Origin: Phycisphaerae bacterium
GTDB lineage: Bacteria; Planctomycetota; Phycisphaerae; UBA1845
NCBI GenBank assembly: GCA_963666835.2
Contig: CAXXGO010000003.1
Coordinates: 192,001-256,000, forward strand
Direction of reading: 5' to 3'
DNA: 64,000 nucleotides
The notes under the pieces were generated by a model, which ran no database searches, was not told where the DNA came from, and worked only from the letters and a program-made list of their open reading frames with translations. The position numbers and the translations under genes were made by a program. Below, piece after piece: positions 60,331-64,000 of this stretch (position 1 is the first letter of the stretch; every line of letters starts with the position of its first letter).

Positions 60331-61758
60331 TCAGCGACCAGCGGCGGCGGGGCATCTTTCGCGGATTTGCTCGAGCGTTGGGCTGTCCGGCCTCAACGGT
60401 TGCCACAGGTCGCACACGTGCTGCAGGCGGACCGGATCCAGATCGTGGTCGGTCCGAAGTCGGGCCGCCAGGGCGTTGAGGACCTCGTCCAACATGTCGC
60501 GGTGCGCCTGACTGTCGATGCCCGGAGGAAGATCGCGGGCGACTTCCACGGCGACCTCGGCGGCGTTTATAGGATCTTCTCGGGCGGCGGCGCGAAGAGC
60601 TTCCTGAAGGAGCGGCTGGACGAAAGCGACGCCGCGGGCGGAAGACTTCCAGGTTTCGACCAGGGTAGGCCAGTATCGCCGCTGCTCGGGCCAGGGCGTT
60701 GTCCGGAACTGCCCGCGAAGGTGAGATTGAGCCTTCGCCGCGAAGTCTTCGGCGATCATGGACTCCACTTCGTTGCTTGGTGTCGCGGGGCGGAGGGAGC
60801 CCCGTACGCGGACCAGCAGTTCATCGACGGTCGTTTTGTGAATCTCGTCGATGTTGTTGAAGAGTCGGCCGACCCGTTCACATCCTGCGGGAGTCACGTC
60901 GGGGAACGGGCGCGAGGTTCGTGCCGCCAGCGTGATGTTGTCGCCGCACTCCCAGAGCCGGTCAACGAAACGGACCCAGGCCGATTCCGCGATGAACGGC
61001 TCACTCGCGCCGTGCGGATCGATGTACTCCACCGGTTGACCCACGATGCGGGTCTTCGTGAAGTTGGTGGCATCAAAGAGCAGGTGCAGGTCGTGACACC
61101 GTCCGACGGAGAACTTCAAACCGGCCCCGAACGAGACCTTCGATCGTAACGGACCGGGCAGGCCCAATAGCAGAGTCTCGGCAGATTCGAGCCAGCCGTC
61201 TTCTATGTTGACGATAAGTCGGCGGTGTTCAAGAAGCCGCTGCAGAACTCGGCATCGCACCGGCGAGGCCAGCGCCGGATGTAAGGCTGCCTGCTGTTGT
61301 GGTCCGGCGGTGCCTTGTACAGACAGCTCAAGCTCCGGAAGCACCGCAGGTGGCTTGAGCTGGGGTGAAGCGGCGTCTGCCGCGACCATGGCACGTAAGA
61401 CGTTGAATGCGTTATAGCCGCAAGCGCAGAACTCGGCTTCATGAAAGACGACATTGTGGGTGTAGACCCGGTGTCCACCGCGCCCGGTGTGTTCGGCTCC
61501 GGCTAGGCAGGATAGCGCCACGCACAGGCGGCCGCTGGGCAACGCATAGAACGCCGCTCCCACGAGCAATCGATCAGCGTCCGCTCCGGTCGGCGCCGGC
61601 GCGCACATCCCCTCGTGGGAAGGGGAGTTTCGGGTAATGGACTGCTTCTCGTCCGCGCGGAGCCCGGGGCTGGCCGCGACTATGCGGTATCCTTCGCCCA
61701 TGGGCGTGCGGATGGACGTGAAGATGGCCTGGTCACAGGTTAGCGTGGTGGAGGACAT
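60331..61758 (-). CDS. GAP1-N2-like (GTPase-associated protein 1) domain protein
   Basis: Start ATG 61758. QAIFTS...GEGYRIVAASPGL...GAEHTGRGG.RVYTH and L..LP..LR.KVSF segments resemble GAP1 N/M regions; adjacent to a GTPase gene. Confidence 0.7.
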   Translation of the reverse strand: MSSTTLTCDQAIFTSIRTPMGEGYRIVAASPGLRADEKQSITRNSPSHEGMCAPAPTGADADRLLVGAAFYALPSGRLCVALSCLAGAEHTGRGGHRVYTHNVVFHEAEFCACGYNAFNVLRAMVAADAASPQLKPPAVLPELELSVQGTAGPQQQAALHPALASPVRCRVLQRLLEHRRLIVNIEDGWLESAETLLLGLPGPLRSKVSFGAGLKFSVGRCHDLHLLFDATNFTKTRIVGQPVEYIDPHGASEPFIAESAWVRFVDRLWECGDNITLAARTSRPFPDVTPAGCERVGRLFNNIDEIHKTTVDELLVRVRGSLRPATPSNEVESMIAEDFAAKAQSHLRGQFRTTPWPEQRRYWPTLVETWKSSARGVAFVQPLLQEALRAAAREDPINAAEVAVEVARDLPPGIDSQAHRDMLDEVLNALAARLRTDHDLDPVRLQHVCDLWQPLRPDSPTLEQIRERCPAAAGR

Positions 61759-61786
61759 TGGGGTCCCTCGCGTTTGAGCCCTCGAG

Positions 61787-62677
61787 CTAGAGTTTGCTGA
61801 GCACCCACTCAAACGGTTCCAGAATCCCGCGGGGTGCGACGTGCAGCGGGTGAGGAACCACGTTGTCGTATTCGTCCGTGCCGTATCCCAGACCACCGAC
61901 GACGCTGGTTGGGAAGAACTCGAAATTGGCGAACCGGCTATCGCAGATGTTCCACAGCCGGTTGAGGTTCGTCTCGGCGAACCCGCGCGGGTCGTCGAAA
62001 CAATCCGGCGAATAGTCGGCCTTCGAAAGTACGATGCCGATCGGAGTTTGCAGACGTTTCTCCTGATGATCGGTGAGGACGCCGTCAAGATAGCTCATCA
62101 GCTTGAGGGCGAAGAAGTCCGGTTGCGGCGATCCGGCTCCGGCGAGGGCTCCGTCAACCAGCAGAATCGCGGCCGCGCTCTTCTCGAGAAGAGACCTGAT
62201 AACCTTGAAGGTCCGCGGAGCGGCAACCTCGGCGGCGATGGCTTCCCCGGCCATGTCCGGCATGACCAGGTCGTAAATCCGCGACTTGCGTTCGCGTTTC
62301 GCAATCTGATAGTACGCCCAGTGCCACTGGTCGGCCTCAACGGCCGTTTTGGGCGGAAACTGCCGGCTGGCAAGATAGCTGATCACGGTGTGTTGGAGAT
62401 TGACCGAGTATGCTCCTTTGGGAACGGCGTTGAAGTCCTCGGCGCGCTTAGAGAGCATATCCAGCAGCATGCCCAGGTAGACCGTCTTGCCGACGTTGCT
62501 GTCGCCGATAACGGTGATGATGCAGGGGTCGCGTTCCTGGGCGACGGCCTCCTGGATCAGCGCCATCGGGGCATAGCAGCTCCCACAAACGATGGCGTCG
62601 GCCGGGTTCTGCTCCTCGCAGATCAGACACGGGAGAGTCGTGCTCTCTGGATAGGTCGATGTCGACATTGTAGTCAC
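61787..62677 (-). CDS. Zn-ribbon + TRAFAC-clade GTPase (double-GTPase-2-like)
   Basis: CLIC...N...CGSC ribbon; G1 GDSNVGKT, G3 DMAGE, G4 SKAD. Confidence 0.85.
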   Translation of the reverse strand: MTTMSTSTYPESTTLPCLICEEQNPADAIVCGSCYAPMALIQEAVAQERDPCIITVIGDSNVGKTVYLGMLLDMLSKRAEDFNAVPKGAYSVNLQHTVISYLASRQFPPKTAVEADQWHWAYYQIAKRERKSRIYDLVMPDMAGEAIAAEVAAPRTFKVIRSLLEKSAAAILLVDGALAGAGSPQPDFFALKLMSYLDGVLTDHQEKRLQTPIGIVLSKADYSPDCFDDPRGFAETNLNRLWNICDSRFANFEFFPTSVVGGLGYGTDEYDNVVPHPLHVAPRGILEPFEWVLSKL

Positions 62678-62694
62678 GAAGTCACTCCTTGCGA

Positions 62695-63741
62695 TCAGCT
62701 TCCGGTGATCCAGGTCGCGTCGTTGAGATCCATTGCGCAGCGAATTCCCGTGTTGTGGGTGCGGGCCAGGGCTATCTGCCCGGTTCGAAAGTGGGAGGTA
62801 GCCTGCGTCTCGAAATACGTGTCAAACGCGCCGCCGCGAACGGCGTGCATGGGCATCTCGCCGACGATGGTGCGACCCTCGTCGTCGGTAGTGGTGTACT
62901 CGGTGTCGGTCCACTCCCAGACGTTACCAACAAGTTGAAGCACCTGATTCGGTGCCGCCCCCTTCGGGTAACTGTCGACCGGGACGGTGGTGTGTACTCG
63001 CGAGGACCAGACATTGCACCGCCGCTTATCCATGGCGTCACCCCATGGGAAACGACGCATCAGGTCGGCGGAGCTATCGATGTGCCAGGAGGCGGCCATC
63101 TGCCACTCGGCCTCCGTCGGAAGCCGCTGACCGATCCACAGTGCAAAAGCCTGAGCCTCGTACCAACTCACTCCAACCACCGGGTGGTCCGCAAACCGCA
63201 CATCATGGCGTCCGTGCTGCCAGAACCGCGGTCCCGGCTCTCCGGTCTGGTCCTTCAGTTCGATCAGGTGAGGCCAGATCTCCTCCGGCCAGAGTTCGAG
63301 ATTGTCGTAGCCTTCATCGTCGACGAATTGCTGGAATCGGGCGTTGGTCACCACGTGTACGTCAAGCAGAAACGGTTCGACATCCAGGTCCACCTCCGGC
63401 GCGCCGGGGTGGGCGGACAGAGTCTGGGAAATGGAGACACTCCCGGCCGGTACCAGGGCCATCCGTCGTTCCAACTCACTGACGGCCTTTTTTATAGCGG
63501 TTTGGCCTCCCGGATGTTCCTTCAGCTTAGCCTGGTCGTGCAGGACGACGTTATGCCGGCCTTGCTGGAGGAGTCGCTGGACGGGGTCGGCGTCCCACGG
63601 CTGTCGCGGAGCCGGATGGTACGCAGGTGCCGGCGGTGGTGCCGGCGCTGCTTCGCTCTCGACGGTTTCGCGTTTACGTTTCGCGGGTGCTTCAGGTTTG
63701 GTCTTTGTGAACAGCTTCAGGCCCATGCTCTTGGCTCCCAT
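62695..63741 (-). CDS. FGE-sulfatase (SUMF1-like) domain protein
   Basis: VTNARFQQF, HPVVGVSWYEA, RLPTEAEW, FPWG, GNVWEW, RGGAF, GIRC. Confidence 0.9.
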   Translation of the reverse strand: MGAKSMGLKLFTKTKPEAPAKRKRETVESEAAPAPPPAPAYHPAPRQPWDADPVQRLLQQGRHNVVLHDQAKLKEHPGGQTAIKKAVSELERRMALVPAGSVSISQTLSAHPGAPEVDLDVEPFLLDVHVVTNARFQQFVDDEGYDNLELWPEEIWPHLIELKDQTGEPGPRFWQHGRHDVRFADHPVVGVSWYEAQAFALWIGQRLPTEAEWQMAASWHIDSSADLMRRFPWGDAMDKRRCNVWSSRVHTTVPVDSYPKGAAPNQVLQLVGNVWEWTDTEYTTTDDEGRTIVGEMPMHAVRGGAFDTYFETQATSHFRTGQIALARTHNTGIRCAMDLNDATWITGS

Positions 63742-63767
63742 GGGGATTAAGTGCGACCGTGCGGGGA

Positions 63768-64000
63768 TCAGACTCCTAGGGCTCTCCGTTTGGCATCGCG
63801 GCGGAGTTTACGGAACTGCTCGGCGGCAGCGCCCGCGGCGGGCTTGGGTCTCGGTGCTGCCGGGGTCTCTGGGGGTTCAGGGGTTGATGTTACCGGCTTT
63901 GGAGTCGGCACGGGGTCGACCTGGAGTTCCGGACTCGCCGTGGCGATAGGGGGAGCCGGTTCGGGGGCCATCCGGTCGACCGGAATCTCCCGGACGGCGC
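63768..64000 (-). CDS. C-terminal end of a protein entering from the right edge (Pro-rich linker, basic tail)
   Basis: Frame is open to the window edge (AVREIPVDRMAPEP...AAEQFRKLRRDAKRRALGV); 26 bp upstream of the FGE gene. Confidence 0.65.
   Translation of the reverse strand, partial: AVREIPVDRMAPEPAPPIATASPELQVDPVPTPKPVTSTPEPPETPAAPRPKPAAGAAAEQFRKLRRDAKRRALGV

Noticed and set aside
1..64000. tRNA, rRNA, prophage or integron integrase
   Set aside because: No cloverleaf/T-loop signatures, rRNA-like tracts, phage structural genes or tyrosine recombinase were recognised by eye.

Overview
GC-rich bacterial chromosomal window, most consistent with a Planctomycetota (Phycisphaerae-like) genome. 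That assignment is an inference from the Cys/Asp-rich IPTL-CTERM-type surface proteins, the DUF1559-type prepilin-like gene, mqnA/mqnC and the REP mosaics. The left ~20 kb is accessory and envelope-related: a tandem EEP-domain ORF with an internal sorting signal, a prepilin-like/IPTL-CTERM operon interrupted intergenically by an intact ISL3 with an 8-bp target duplication, a kinase-like/deoxyribosyltransferase-like fusion, an atypical OmpR/PhoB-like regulator, 11-bp-periodic boxes, a lamin-tail-like surface protein, a secreted deiminase-fold enzyme and a two-component pair. The centre is mostly housekeeping (gyrA, rnd, mfd, PPIase, two PilZ genes, hflX, mqnA, mqnC, nfi, an HtrA protease, Smr-less mutS2, argE). 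The right end carries an FGE-sulfatase + Zn-ribbon TRAFAC GTPase + GAP1-N2-like operon resembling GTPase-centred conflict systems. Two Cys-rich secreted-protein genes are each bracketed by near-identical direct copies of a REPIN-like element. No rRNA, tRNA or CRISPR array was recognised. All family calls come from reading motifs by eye; no database searches were run.
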